DNA of 64,000 bases, taken from Candidatus Latescibacterota bacterium (lineage in GTDB: Bacteria; Latescibacterota; UBA2968). This document shows, in pieces, positions 8,969-18,632 of this stretch (within the stretch, counting starts at the first letter, position 1; each line of letters opens with the position of its first letter). Both the position numbers and the translations under genes were made by a program. The stretch spans positions 4,896,001 to 4,960,000 of the forward strand of contig OZ242311.1 of NCBI GenBank assembly GCA_965207885.1, in the 5' to 3' direction. The notes under the pieces are model-generated. The model worked only from the letters and a program-made list of their open reading frames with translations, was not told where the DNA came from and did no database searches.

Positions 8969-10285
8969 ATGCGTACAGCAAAAGCCGGTTGGGCGCAGTT
9001 TGATTCAACGCCGCCACTGGGGCTGCCTATGGGTGGTCGCGGTCCGCGGTTTTCACCCGGGTCTGAGGTGCTCGATCCTCTGGCCGCGCAGGCGGTTGTT
9101 ATTGAGGATCAAAAGGGCTATCGCACGGTCTGGATTTCGATTGATATGATTGGGATGACATGGCATGTGACGAGTCGTTTGCGCTGTGAGTTAGCTTCAA
9201 TAACCGGCATACCTTTTGAAGCGATTATTGTCAATTTTTCGCATACGCACAGCGGTCCCATGTCCGGGTTTGAGGGATATGCGACGACTGTGGCTAAACC
9301 TGCAGAACTCGAGGCTTATGAAACTGATTTGCTGTCTCGTACGGTGAAAATGGTGGTCGAAGCCATCGTGAATATGCGAGAAGTCTCTGTTTGTGTGCAT
9401 CGCGGTACGTCGGAGATTGGGATTAACAGGCGCAGGCGGGGTGCCGATGGCAGTATGGGGATGAGGCCGAATCCAGATGGATATATGAATCGGGATCTCT
9501 GGGTGCTCGATCTCGTCGCGGATGATGGACGTTGTGTGCTGTTTAATTATGGATGCCATCCGGTGATGGTTTACGGTTTTGCATGGGATGGCATTTCTGC
9601 TGATTTTCCCGGGGTGTGTCGCAATCGGTTGGTCGAATCTCTCGGCCCGAATACCCACGCGCAGTTTATTCAGGGGCTTGCCGGCAATATTCGACCGCGC
9701 CGTCTCGCGGGGGCAGACACATTTCGCAAATCTACGCCGGAGGATGTTATTGCGACGGGTGCTCAACTCGCGGATGATGTGCTCGCGGCTATGGATGCGG
9801 GCGGTGAATTGCTGGAATTGGATCTCAGTTGCGTTTCGGGATTTGCGCTGGCGCCGCGCGATTGTGATGCGATTCCATCCCTTGCCCATTGGGAAGCACT
9901 TGCCAATGGTGAGGCAGAACTCGAGCAAAATCTCGGTGCTTACTGGGTCGAGCGTTTGGGATCTGGCATACCGCCAGCGCGTTTTTTCCCCTGGGCGGTT
10001 GGTCTTATTCGCCTGACGGGAGAACACACCATCGCGTGGCTTGGCAACGAGGTTGTTGCGGAGTGGCTCCCCTTGCTGAGAACTTATCTCAATGATCCGA
10101 ATCTCATTGCCTGGGGTTATTGTCAGGATGGGCGCAATTACATGCCGACAGACGCGCTTATTCCCGAAGGTGGGTATGAGGTTGATAGCGCGAATGCGTA
10201 CACCAAAGCTGGTCCCGGTCCGTTTCAGGTTGGTATTAACGAGGTGACAAAGAAAGCATTTCTCGAACTGGTCGAAAGGCTGTGA
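8969..10285 (+). CDS. Neutral/alkaline ceramidase N-terminal-like amidohydrolase
   Basis: DPLAAQA, SHTHSGP, INRR, NYGCHP, ISADFPG, EGGYE; GAGG RBS before ATG 8969. Confidence 0.75.
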   Translation: MRTAKAGWAQFDSTPPLGLPMGGRGPRFSPGSEVLDPLAAQAVVIEDQKGYRTVWISIDMIGMTWHVTSRLRCELASITGIPFEAIIVNFSHTHSGPMSGFEGYATTVAKPAELEAYETDLLSRTVKMVVEAIVNMREVSVCVHRGTSEIGINRRRRGADGSMGMRPNPDGYMNRDLWVLDLVADDGRCVLFNYGCHPVMVYGFAWDGISADFPGVCRNRLVESLGPNTHAQFIQGLAGNIRPRRLAGADTFRKSTPEDVIATGAQLADDVLAAMDAGGELLELDLSCVSGFALAPRDCDAIPSLAHWEALANGEAELEQNLGAYWVERLGSGIPPARFFPWAVGLIRLTGEHTIAWLGNEVVAEWLPLLRTYLNDPNLIAWGYCQDGRNYMPTDALIPEGGYEVDSANAYTKAGPGPFQVGINEVTKKAFLELVERL

Positions 10286-10288
10286 CGG

Positions 10289-11380
10289 TTAGTTTTGATT
10301 AGATCGTCTACCTCGTCCGCGACGGCGCTGTTCACGCCACCGTTCGTATGCCTCTTCGTCAAACTCGATAACGGGGACCTCACCTTCCCATACATCGGCA
10401 ATGATGGGCATAATGCGCTGTGTCGCCAATTGGAAATCCCGTCCAAAAGGTCTCGGGTTTGGAAACCATTTCCACAGGAGAGCACCTGTGATACGCGGTT
10501 CGTTTTCAATGGCTTCGAGCGCGACGCGCCAGCACATTTCCTGTAAGGGACGCGCGCCGTCGTCATCCACGCGATAGGTCCACGGTTCTGATGCGGCTTT
10601 ATAAGATTGGTTGTATCCCAGTTCGGTAAATACGATGTTGCGATCCATTTTTTTAGCATAAGTTCGCAGTTCTTTTACCAGACGATCCCATCCTATGCGG
10701 AGGTCGGCCTCTGTGGGGTTCTGGTTTTTTGCAATAGGGAAATAGCCCTGAATACCGATCACATCCAGGGCGTCCCAGAATGGCACGCGCGTGTAATCCG
10801 TCCAATTCGCCGCATAGGTGATCTTCCCTTTATACACCTTTCGCACGTCTGCAATCAGGGCGCGCCATTCGCCTTCGTGATTCAGGGTTTTGTCCAGTTC
10901 TGTTCCTATGACAAATGCATCGGCGTCTTTGCAGGCTTCTGCCACTGCTAAAATCCAGGCGCGATAATCTGCCCAGAAGCGCGTCCATTCTTCCTCAGAG
11001 CGAAACGCAATTTCGCCCCGCCACTCAAATCCCGACCGCCAGTATGCCAGATGGGGCTTGATGCAAATTTTCAATCCCCGTTTGTGGGCTTCTACTATTG
11101 GTCTCGTCCAGTGTGCGGGAGCCAAATCACCGGCGCCTTCAAACCGCCTCACCCTGACCGATCCGTCCTGCGAAATGCCCGCATAGGGATGGGTCGCCAC
11201 CCAGTTTGCTCCCAATATTTCAATATCTCGCAACGTTGAAACTATTTCGTCACTCGCCCAATCTCGCCCACCCCCGTGCGTTGAAATCGTAATCCCCCGC
11301 ATTGATGTATCATCGTCGAATGCATGGGGTTCAAACGCGGTAAATAAGCTGAATAATAGAATGATGCAATAACGGGGCAT
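10289..11380 (-). CDS. Secreted glycoside hydrolase family 113-like (TIM barrel) protein
   Basis: Signal-like N-terminus; IKPHL, WRGEI, IGTEL, ITYAANW, FWDALDVIGIQGYFP, FTELGY. Confidence 0.8.
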   Translation of the reverse strand: MPRYCIILLFSLFTAFEPHAFDDDTSMRGITISTHGGGRDWASDEIVSTLRDIEILGANWVATHPYAGISQDGSVRVRRFEGAGDLAPAHWTRPIVEAHKRGLKICIKPHLAYWRSGFEWRGEIAFRSEEEWTRFWADYRAWILAVAEACKDADAFVIGTELDKTLNHEGEWRALIADVRKVYKGKITYAANWTDYTRVPFWDALDVIGIQGYFPIAKNQNPTEADLRIGWDRLVKELRTYAKKMDRNIVFTELGYNQSYKAASEPWTYRVDDDGARPLQEMCWRVALEAIENEPRITGALLWKWFPNPRPFGRDFQLATQRIMPIIADVWEGEVPVIEFDEEAYERWREQRRRGRGRRSNQN

Positions 11381-11399
11381 GATGGTCTTTCATTTATGC

Positions 11400-11425
11400 A
11401 AAAAAGGCGCAGTGCGAACTGCGCC
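11400..11425 (-). terminator. Intrinsic terminator after gltD
   Basis: On the - strand: GGCGCAGT-TCGC-ACTGCGCC-TTTTTT. Confidence 0.75.
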
Positions 11426-11448
11426 CTCCTGTGGTCTGATTCGTTTTT

Positions 11449-11484
11449 ATCCTGCTCATCCTTAAATCCTGCCCATCCTGATCC
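11449..11484. repeat. Short ATCC(T) periodic intergenic repeat
   Basis: ATCCTGCTC-ATCCTTAA-ATCCTGCCC-ATCCTG-ATCC. Confidence 0.6.
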
Positions 11485-11488
11485 GGTT

Positions 11489-12982
11489 TTACGGCAGGTC
11501 GGTAGATCCCATGAGGTAGCGGTCTGCTTCGCGGGCAGCGCCGCGACCTTCTGCGAAGGCAAAGACAACGAGGCTCATGCCGCGGCGCACATCACCTGCG
11601 ACAAAGAGGCCAGGGATTCTGGTGGTGAACTCGCCTTCGATGGCTTTGACGTTGGAGCGTTCGTCGCGTTCGAGTTCGAGTTCGTCGAGAATGGTATCTT
11701 CGGGACCGAGCCAGCCCATGGAAAGGAAAACGAGATCTGCAGGCCATTCTTTTTCCGTGCCGGGGACTTCGCGGAATGGCGCGCCGTTTTCTGCGGGTAC
11801 CCATTCCACTTGCATGGTTTTTAATGCTTTGAGCGTGCCGTTTTTATCGCCTATAAATTCCGTGGTGCTGATGAGATATTCACGCGGATCTCTACCAAAA
11901 ATGGCGGCGGCTTCCTCCTGTCCATAGTCGGTTTTGAAAATGAGCGGCATTTGAGGCCAGGGGTTGCTGTCGGTGCGCGTTTTGGGCGGCTCGGGAATAA
12001 TGTCGAACTGGTGCAGGCTTTTGCAGCCGTGGCGCATTGCCGTGCCCACGCAGTCGGTTCCCGTATCCCCTCCGCCGAGCACGATAACGTGTTTGTCTTT
12101 GGCGTTTATATAATTGCCGTCTTCAAGATTGGAGTCGAGCAGGCTTTTGGTGTTTTTGTGCAAATACTCAATGGCCTGATGTACGCCGTTGAGTTCGCGG
12201 CCTTTGATGGGAAGGTCGCGGGGTTTGAGTGCGCCAATGCAGAGCACGACCGCGTCGTATTCATTGAGGAGATCTTTTGCCAGCAGGTCTGTGCCAATTT
12301 CGGTATTGGTTATAAACTCGATGCCCGATTCGATCATGAGGTCAATGCGGCGTTGCACGACTTCTTTTTTGTCGAGTTTCATGTTGGGAATGCCGTACAT
12401 GAGCAATCCGCCGATGCGGTCAGAGCGTTCGTACACGGTAACTTTGTGCCCGGCTTTGTTGAGTTGTGCGGCGCAAGAGAGACCTGCGGGACCTGAACCC
12501 ACGACGGCCACGCGTTTGCCCGTGCGTTTGTCGGGTATATCGGGCGTGACCCAGCCTTCTTCCCAGCCTTTGTCAATGATGGAGACTTCAATATTTTTGA
12601 TGGTGACGGCGGGTTCTGTCATGCCCAGCACGCATGAACCCTCGCAAGGGGCTGGACAAACGCGACCGGTAAATTCGGGAAAGTTGTTGGTCTTGTGCAA
12701 TCGCTCGAGAGCTTCTTTCCATAGGCCGCGATATACGAGATCATTCCATTCGGGAATGAGGTTGTTGATGGGACATCCAGAGGGAAAAGGCGTAGATTCG
12801 GGCAGGCGCACACCGGTATGACAAAAGGGTATGCCACAGTCCATACACCGCGCACCCTGTTCCCGAAGTTTTTCATCGGGGTGATGATGGTGAAATTCTT
12901 TCCAGTCTGCGATGCGCTGTGCGGGGTCTCTATCGGCCGGAAGTTCTCGCTGAAATTCCATGAATCCGGTCGGTTTTCCCAT
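11489..12982 (-). CDS. gltD: Glutamate synthase small (beta) subunit
   Basis: [57 protein letters not shown]. Confidence 0.97.
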   Translation of the reverse strand: MGKPTGFMEFQRELPADRDPAQRIADWKEFHHHHPDEKLREQGARCMDCGIPFCHTGVRLPESTPFPSGCPINNLIPEWNDLVYRGLWKEALERLHKTNNFPEFTGRVCPAPCEGSCVLGMTEPAVTIKNIEVSIIDKGWEEGWVTPDIPDKRTGKRVAVVGSGPAGLSCAAQLNKAGHKVTVYERSDRIGGLLMYGIPNMKLDKKEVVQRRIDLMIESGIEFITNTEIGTDLLAKDLLNEYDAVVLCIGALKPRDLPIKGRELNGVHQAIEYLHKNTKSLLDSNLEDGNYINAKDKHVIVLGGGDTGTDCVGTAMRHGCKSLHQFDIIPEPPKTRTDSNPWPQMPLIFKTDYGQEEAAAIFGRDPREYLISTTEFIGDKNGTLKALKTMQVEWVPAENGAPFREVPGTEKEWPADLVFLSMGWLGPEDTILDELELERDERSNVKAIEGEFTTRIPGLFVAGDVRRGMSLVVFAFAEGRGAAREADRYLMGSTDLP

Positions 12983-12996
12983 AAGTGCTCCTTTTC

Positions 12997-15900
12997 TCAA
13001 GCCTCAACTTCTACGCCGCGACGGAATGCTTCAAGCCATGCATCTTCGCCTTTCAAACCCTCTTGTTGCGCGGTTTCATAAGCTGCGAGAATGCGCTTGT
13101 AGGGTTTTGGGAAGACTTTGACAAATTTGGGCAACATGTCATCCCAATGGACGAGGATGTGTTGCGCCACGCTGCTCTCGGTGTAGTCGGCGTGCTTGGT
13201 GATCATGCTTTTGAGTTCTTCAATGTCTTCGTCGTTTTGGACGGGTTCGAGATCGACGAGTTCGGGGTTGCAGCGTATGTGGAAGTCACCGTCTTCGTCG
13301 AGCACATAAGCAATGCCACCGGACATGCCAGCGGCAAAGTTGCGCCCGGTTTTGCCCAAAATGACGGCCATCCCACCCGTCATATACTCGCAACCGTGAT
13401 CGCCAATGCCTTCGACGACTGCGCTAACGCCCGAGTTTCGCACGCAGAAGCGTTCGCCTGCCTGACCGCGGATGAAGGCCTGCCCATTGGTTGCACCGTA
13501 GAAGGATACGTTGCCGATGATGATGTTATCTTCGGCTTTGAAGGTGGATCCTTTGCGCGGATAGACAATCAGTTTGCTGCCGCACAGGCCCTTGCCAAAG
13601 TAGTCATTGGCGTCGCCTTCGAGGCGAAAGGTGATGCCCGGTGGCGTAAAGGCTGCAAAAGATTGTCCGGCCGATCCCTCAAAGGTGATGTCAATGGTGT
13701 CTTCTGGCAAGCCATCGGGTCCGAACCTGCGGGTGATTTCACTACCGAGAATGGTGCCGACCACGCGGTTGGTATTTTTGATGTCGAATTTTGCGCGCAC
13801 TTTGCTACCATCTTTGAGGGCGGGTTCGCAAAGTTCGAGCAGGATCTGGTTGTCTATCGCGTTTTCGAGGCCGTGATCCTGCTCAATCTGGCAATAACGG
13901 CCAATTTCAGGATCGGCGTCTGGTTTTTCGAGAATGGGAGACAGGTCCAGATATTTTGCTTTCCAGTGATCGGTTTTTGCCTGGTGGAGCAGGTCGGTGC
14001 GACCGATGAGTTCATCGATGGTGCGCACGCCGAGTTGCGCCATTATTTCGCGCATATTCTGTGCGATAAAACGCAAGAAATTGACGACCTGGTCGGGGTC
14101 ACCCATGAACTTTTTGCGCAGTTCGGGATGCTGTGTGGCCACACCCACAGGGCAGGTGTCGAGGTGGCAAACGCGCATCATGATGCAGCCCATGGCGACG
14201 AGTGCTGTGGTTGCAAATCCAAATTCTTCGGCACCGAGCAGAGCTGCAATGATCACATCGCGCCCGGTTTTGAGTTGTCCGTCGGTCTCGACAATGATGC
14301 GCGATCTCAGATTGTTGAGTACCAGGGTCTGGTGGGTTTCGGCAACGCCGAATTCCCAGGGTAGGCCGGCGTGTTTGATGCTGGTTTGCGGCGATGCGCC
14401 AGTACCGCCGTCGAGGCCTGAGATGAGTACCACATCGCCGTGGCCTTTAGACACGCCCGCTGCGACGATGCCGACATTGATTTCTGCGACGAGTTTGACG
14501 TTAATCCTGGCATGGTGGTTGGCGTTTTTGAGATCGTGAATGAGTTGCGCCAGATCTTCGATGGAGTAAATATCGTGATGCGGTGGCGGTGAAATGAGTT
14601 CTACACCCGGTGTGGAGTGACGAACTGTGGCAATCCACGGATACACTTTATTGCCGGGCAATTCGCCGCCTTCGCCAGGCTTGGCGCCCTGCGCCATTTT
14701 GATCTGCAATTCTTTGGCATTGACCAGATAATTGCTGGTGACGCCAAAGCGTCCAGAAGCCACTTGTTTGATGGCACTATTTTTGGAATCGCCATTGGGT
14801 TCGAGAGTATAACGCGCAGGATCTTCGCCGCCTTCGCCTGTGTTGCTTTTGCCACCGAGACGATTCATCGCGATGGCGAGTGCTTCATGCGCCTCTTTAG
14901 ATATCGATCCATAGGACATGGCGCCGGACTTAAAGCGCCTGGTGATTGCTTCGACGGGTTCGACTTCGTCGAGGGGAATGGGTTCGTTGGCATAGTTGAA
15001 GTCCAGGAGACCGCGCAGGGTTGCCAGATTTTTGGCCTGTTGATCGATGAGGACAGAGTATTCTTTGTACACTGCGTAATCATTGGTGCGCGTAGCGTGC
15101 TGGAGCTTGTGAATCGTAAGGGGATTAAAGAGGTGATATTCCCCACCTTGCCGCCACTGAAAATGCCCGCCCACGTCGAGGGTGCTGCCGTTGACTGAAA
15201 TTTGGGGATACGCATCGCGATGCCGCATCAGAGCTTCTCGGGCAATGACATCGAGGCCAATGCCGTCTATGCGGGAATCCGTCCAGGTAAAGTATTGGTC
15301 AATGACGTTTTTTGAAATGCCAACTGCTTCAAAAATTTGAGCACCCCGATAGGACTTGATGGTGGAGATGCCCATTTTTGCCATGACTTTGACTACGCCT
15401 TTGGTCGCGGATTTGACATATCCTTTGACCGCATCGCGGTAGGCGATATCGGTCAATTGCTTTTCGGCGATCATGTCGGCGAGGCTTTCATAAGCCATAT
15501 AGGGATTGATCGCCTGAGCTCCGTAGCCGATGAGCAAGCAGAAGTGATGCACTTCTCTGGGTTCACCTGTTTCGAGGGCAATCCCGACTTTTGTGCGTGT
15601 ACCTTCGCGGATGAGGTGGTGGTGGAGACCGCTCATGGCCAGGAGTGCGGGAATGGGTGCGTGGTCTTTATCAACACCGCGGTCTGAAAGAATGAGTATG
15701 GTATAACCGTTTTCAATGGCTTTGTCGGCTTCTGCACACAATCTGTGCATGGCCTTTTCGAGACCGGCTTCGCCGTCGGCGACGTCAAAGAGCATGGATA
15801 TGGTGGTGGCTTTGAGGCCCGGTTGGTCAACGCCGCGCAATTGCTCGAGTTCTTCATTGGTCAAAATGGGCGTAGCGAGATGGATTTGCCTGCAACTTTC

Positions 15901-17571
15901 GGGTTCGGGAATCAACAGATTGCGCTCGGGACCAATGGTGGCATCAGCCGAGGTGATGACCTCTTCTTTGAGGGGATCGAGAGGCGGATTGGTCACCTGG
16001 GCAAAGAGCTGTTTGAAGTAGTTGTAGAGCAGGTGTGGTTTGTTGGACAATACCGCCAATGGTGCGTCGTTGCCCATTGATCCGACGGGATCGCGCCCGA
16101 TTTTGGACATGGGACCAACAAAAATTTTGAGGTCTTCAAACGTGTAGCCAAAAGCCTGCTGCCGCATGAGTATTTCAGCGTGATTTGTGGGGGGTGCAAT
16201 GGGCGCGACTGCGGGCAGGTTTTTGAGTGAAATGAGATGGTCGTCGAGCCATTGCTGGTAGGGGTGTTCGGAGACCATTGACTGTTTGACTTCGTCGTCG
16301 GAAATGATGCGGCCCTTTTGGGTATCGACGAGAAGGATGCGACCGGGTTGCAATCGACCTTTGTAAGCGATGCGTTCGGGTTCCAATTCGCAGACGCCCG
16401 CTTCAGAACTGAGGATGAGCAGGTCGTCTTTGGTGACGTAATAACGCGAGGGGCGCAAGCCATTGCGGTCGAGGCAGGCACCTACGATTTCGCCATCGGT
16501 AAAGCCAATAGAAGCCGGACCATCCCAGGGCTCCATAAGACAGGAATGGTATTCGTAGAAGGCGCGCCTTTCGGGGGGCATGCTCTCGTGGTTTTCCCAG
16601 GGTTCGGGAATCATCATGACGGCTGCGTGCGCCATTGAGCGGCCAGATAGAGACAGAAATTCAAAGCAGTTGTCGAAAATTGCGGAATCTGACCCGTCTT
16701 CGTAGAGGATGGGGAATATTTTTTTTATGTCGTCACCCCAAAACTCTGAAGCCAGCATGGCCTGTCGGGTTTTCATCCAGTTTTGATTTCCGCGCAGGGT
16801 GTTGATTTCGCCGTTGTGTATGAGGTAGCGATAGGGGTGCGACCGTTCCCAGGAGGGAAAGGTGTTGGTGGAAAACCGGGAATGCACGAGGACAATCGCG
16901 GCTTCCATGCGGTGATCTTGCAGGTCGGGATAAAATTCGGGTACCTGCATGGGCGTGAGCATGCCTTTGTACACAATGGTGCGCGACGACAAGCTGGGGA
17001 TGTAAAAATTTTCGTCGTGCCCGGTATAGCGGATCGTATTGGTGGCGCGCTTGCGAATGACGTAGAGTTTGCGTTCGAATGCCATGACGTCGGACAAATC
17101 GGCACTGCGACCAATGAAAATTTGCCACACAACGGGTTCACAGGATCTGGAGGTGAGGCCCAGATAGAAGTTGTCGGTGGGCACTTTGCGCCAGCCGAGG
17201 ACTTCCTGCCCTTCTTCTTTGACAATATCCTCGATGATTTGACGCGTTTTTTGGCGGATAGATTGATCCTCGTGATCGGTCATAAAGATCATGCCGACAC
17301 CGTAGTGACCGGGGTCTGGCAGGTCAATGCTGATTCCCTCGCAGGCGTGTTTGAAGAATTGATGTGGAATTTGCATCAAAACACCAGCGCCGTCGCCCGT
17401 GTTGTCTTCGGCACCGCGCGCGCCCCGGTGGTCGAGACAGACCAGGGATTCGAGAGCCATTTTGACGATCTGGTTGGATTTTTCACCTTTGATATTCACG
17501 ACAAATCCAATACCACAGGCGTCGCGTTCGTATTTGGGGTTGTAGAGTCCGTGCTTGCGAGGATATGCCAT
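12997..17571 (-). CDS. gltB: Glutamate synthase large (alpha) subunit
   Basis: [61 protein letters not shown] domain. Confidence 0.98.
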   Translation of the reverse strand: MAYPRKHGLYNPKYERDACGIGFVVNIKGEKSNQIVKMALESLVCLDHRGARGAEDNTGDGAGVLMQIPHQFFKHACEGISIDLPDPGHYGVGMIFMTDHEDQSIRQKTRQIIEDIVKEEGQEVLGWRKVPTDNFYLGLTSRSCEPVVWQIFIGRSADLSDVMAFERKLYVIRKRATNTIRYTGHDENFYIPSLSSRTIVYKGMLTPMQVPEFYPDLQDHRMEAAIVLVHSRFSTNTFPSWERSHPYRYLIHNGEINTLRGNQNWMKTRQAMLASEFWGDDIKKIFPILYEDGSDSAIFDNCFEFLSLSGRSMAHAAVMMIPEPWENHESMPPERRAFYEYHSCLMEPWDGPASIGFTDGEIVGACLDRNGLRPSRYYVTKDDLLILSSEAGVCELEPERIAYKGRLQPGRILLVDTQKGRIISDDEVKQSMVSEHPYQQWLDDHLISLKNLPAVAPIAPPTNHAEILMRQQAFGYTFEDLKIFVGPMSKIGRDPVGSMGNDAPLAVLSNKPHLLYNYFKQLFAQVTNPPLDPLKEEVITSADATIGPERNLLIPEPESCRQIHLATPILTNEELEQLRGVDQPGLKATTISMLFDVADGEAGLEKAMHRLCAEADKAIENGYTILILSDRGVDKDHAPIPALLAMSGLHHHLIREGTRTKVGIALETGEPREVHHFCLLIGYGAQAINPYMAYESLADMIAEKQLTDIAYRDAVKGYVKSATKGVVKVMAKMGISTIKSYRGAQIFEAVGISKNVIDQYFTWTDSRIDGIGLDVIAREALMRHRDAYPQISVNGSTLDVGGHFQWRQGGEYHLFNPLTIHKLQHATRTNDYAVYKEYSVLIDQQAKNLATLRGLLDFNYANEPIPLDEVEPVEAITRRFKSGAMSYGSISKEAHEALAIAMNRLGGKSNTGEGGEDPARYTLEPNGDSKNSAIKQVASGRFGVTSNYLVNAKELQIKMAQGAKPGEGGELPGNKVYPWIATVRHSTPGVELISPPPHHDIYSIEDLAQLIHDLKNANHHARINVKLVAEINVGIVAAGVSKGHGDVVLISGLDGGTGASPQTSIKHAGLPWEFGVAETHQTLVLNNLRSRIIVETDGQLKTGRDVIIAALLGAEEFGFATTALVAMGCIMMRVCHLDTCPVGVATQHPELRKKFMGDPDQVVNFLRFIAQNMREIMAQLGVRTIDELIGRTDLLHQAKTDHWKAKYLDLSPILEKPDADPEIGRYCQIEQDHGLENAIDNQILLELCEPALKDGSKVRAKFDIKNTNRVVGTILGSEITRRFGPDGLPEDTIDITFEGSAGQSFAAFTPPGITFRLEGDANDYFGKGLCGSKLIVYPRKGSTFKAEDNIIIGNVSFYGATNGQAFIRGQAGERFCVRNSGVSAVVEGIGDHGCEYMTGGMAVILGKTGRNFAAGMSGGIAYVLDEDGDFHIRCNPELVDLEPVQNDEDIEELKSMITKHADYTESSVAQHILVHWDDMLPKFVKVFPKPYKRILAAYETAQQEGLKGEDAWLEAFRRGVEVEA

Positions 17572-17600
17572 AAAAAATGTTCCTTAATCACATGGCGCGA

Positions 17601-17633
17601 AAATGCCAGAACCGCGATCCGGCCCTGGCATTT
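17601..17633 (-). other. 14-bp stem-loop between the ferredoxin gene and the gltB RBS
   Basis: On the - strand: AAATGCCAGGGCCG-GATCG-CGGTTCTGGCATTT. Confidence 0.5.
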
Positions 17634-17657
17634 GAAAACCGGTTGTTTTGTTAGAAG

Positions 17658-17921
17658 CTATTCAAAGGCGACTGCATTGATTTCGATGTACTCCAACCAT
17701 TCGTCCGGCGTGTCTTCTTCGGCGAAGATCGCTTCAACTGGACATTCGGGTTCACAAGCTCCGCAGTCGATGCATTCTTCGGGGTGAATATAGAGCATAT
17801 TGAGACGTTCATCCTCCGGCAAATCGGTTGCGTCGGGTTCGTAGATGCAGTCCACCGGACAGACTTCCACACAGGCCTTGTCCATAACATCAATGCATGG
17901 CTCTGCGATAATATAGGCCAT
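17658..17921 (-). CDS. fdxA: FdxA-type dicluster (7Fe) ferredoxin
   Basis: [22 protein letters not shown] and [21 protein letters not shown]. Confidence 0.9.
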   Translation of the reverse strand: MAYIIAEPCIDVMDKACVEVCPVDCIYEPDATDLPEDERLNMLYIHPEECIDCGACEPECPVEAIFAEEDTPDEWLEYIEINAVAFE

Positions 17922-17965
17922 TTTTATTTTTCCTTTCCTTTGCTATTGTTCCGACTCATCCGGCG

Positions 17966-18005
17966 TTGACTTTGCCAAATATACTTATTTGGTTGGCTTT
18001 GTCAA
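17966..18005 (-). promoter_or_regulatory. Sigma70-like promoter of fdx(-gltBD) overlapped by dyad symmetry
   Basis: TTGACA (18005-18000), 16 nt, TATATT (17983-17978); inverted repeat CCAAATA-N4-TATTTGG at 17975-17992. Confidence 0.5.
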
Positions 18006-18059
18006 GTATTGTAAGTTAAAATTATGATTGCAGGTACACAAAAGAAGATATTTTACTTT

Positions 18060-18623
18060 TCAGGCCAGATTCTCGAGGAGTGTTGCAACGGACCAATCGC
18101 CCTCTGCGCGAATGTCCAGGGTGAATCGTTGCCTGGTATCTTTTCTGCGTTTGGCAATCACTGCTGAACCGTTGTAAAGCTGGTGTAAAAACGCCTGGAG
18201 ATCGCCATTTATGGCGTTGTGTGTATTTTCGGTGTTGGGGGCATTGAGGCGGTCGTTGAGGATGAGTCTGAGTTCATTTCCTCGAAAAGCGACCGCTTCT
18301 TCTGCTTCAAGACGCTGGCAGATTGCACAGGTTGCACGAACCGCTGAGGACAATTGCTGCGCAAAATTACCTCCGTTGGGTTGCTTGCGGTTGTAGAGCA
18401 GGCCGCGTTTTGCGTCCGTGTCGTCAATGCTGATGTCGTATTCGTGACCGATTAGCAGGGTCACGGGGCCATTGGGTACGTGACTGTAATCGGCTGCATC
18501 GAGCAGCACATCGGATCCATTGTGTGCTGAAATCCAGTTGTTGAAGGTTTTGAACCAGGTCTCAGGCGCGATATTGTGCCCCTGATCGAGATAAAATTTG
18601 ACGCTGATTTTATGGGTTGGCAT
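18060..18623 (-). CDS. Hypothetical protein associated with the nitrite/sulfite reductase
   Basis: 187 aa, 9-nt gap after the reductase stop, AAAGG RBS; DAADYSHVPNGP...NDRLNAPN. Confidence 0.75.
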   Translation of the reverse strand: MPTHKISVKFYLDQGHNIAPETWFKTFNNWISAHNGSDVLLDAADYSHVPNGPVTLLIGHEYDISIDDTDAKRGLLYNRKQPNGGNFAQQLSSAVRATCAICQRLEAEEAVAFRGNELRLILNDRLNAPNTENTHNAINGDLQAFLHQLYNGSAVIAKRRKDTRQRFTLDIRAEGDWSVATLLENLA

Positions 18624-18632
18624 AATTACCTT

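Noticed and set aside
12985-14364. 459-aa + strand ORF (also 16783-17787, 19662-20813, 23108-23971, 27358-28449, 45837-46925)
   Set aside because: Antisense shadows of well-supported genes (gltB, reductase, smc, enolase-family, gluconolactonase) with no motifs or RBS.
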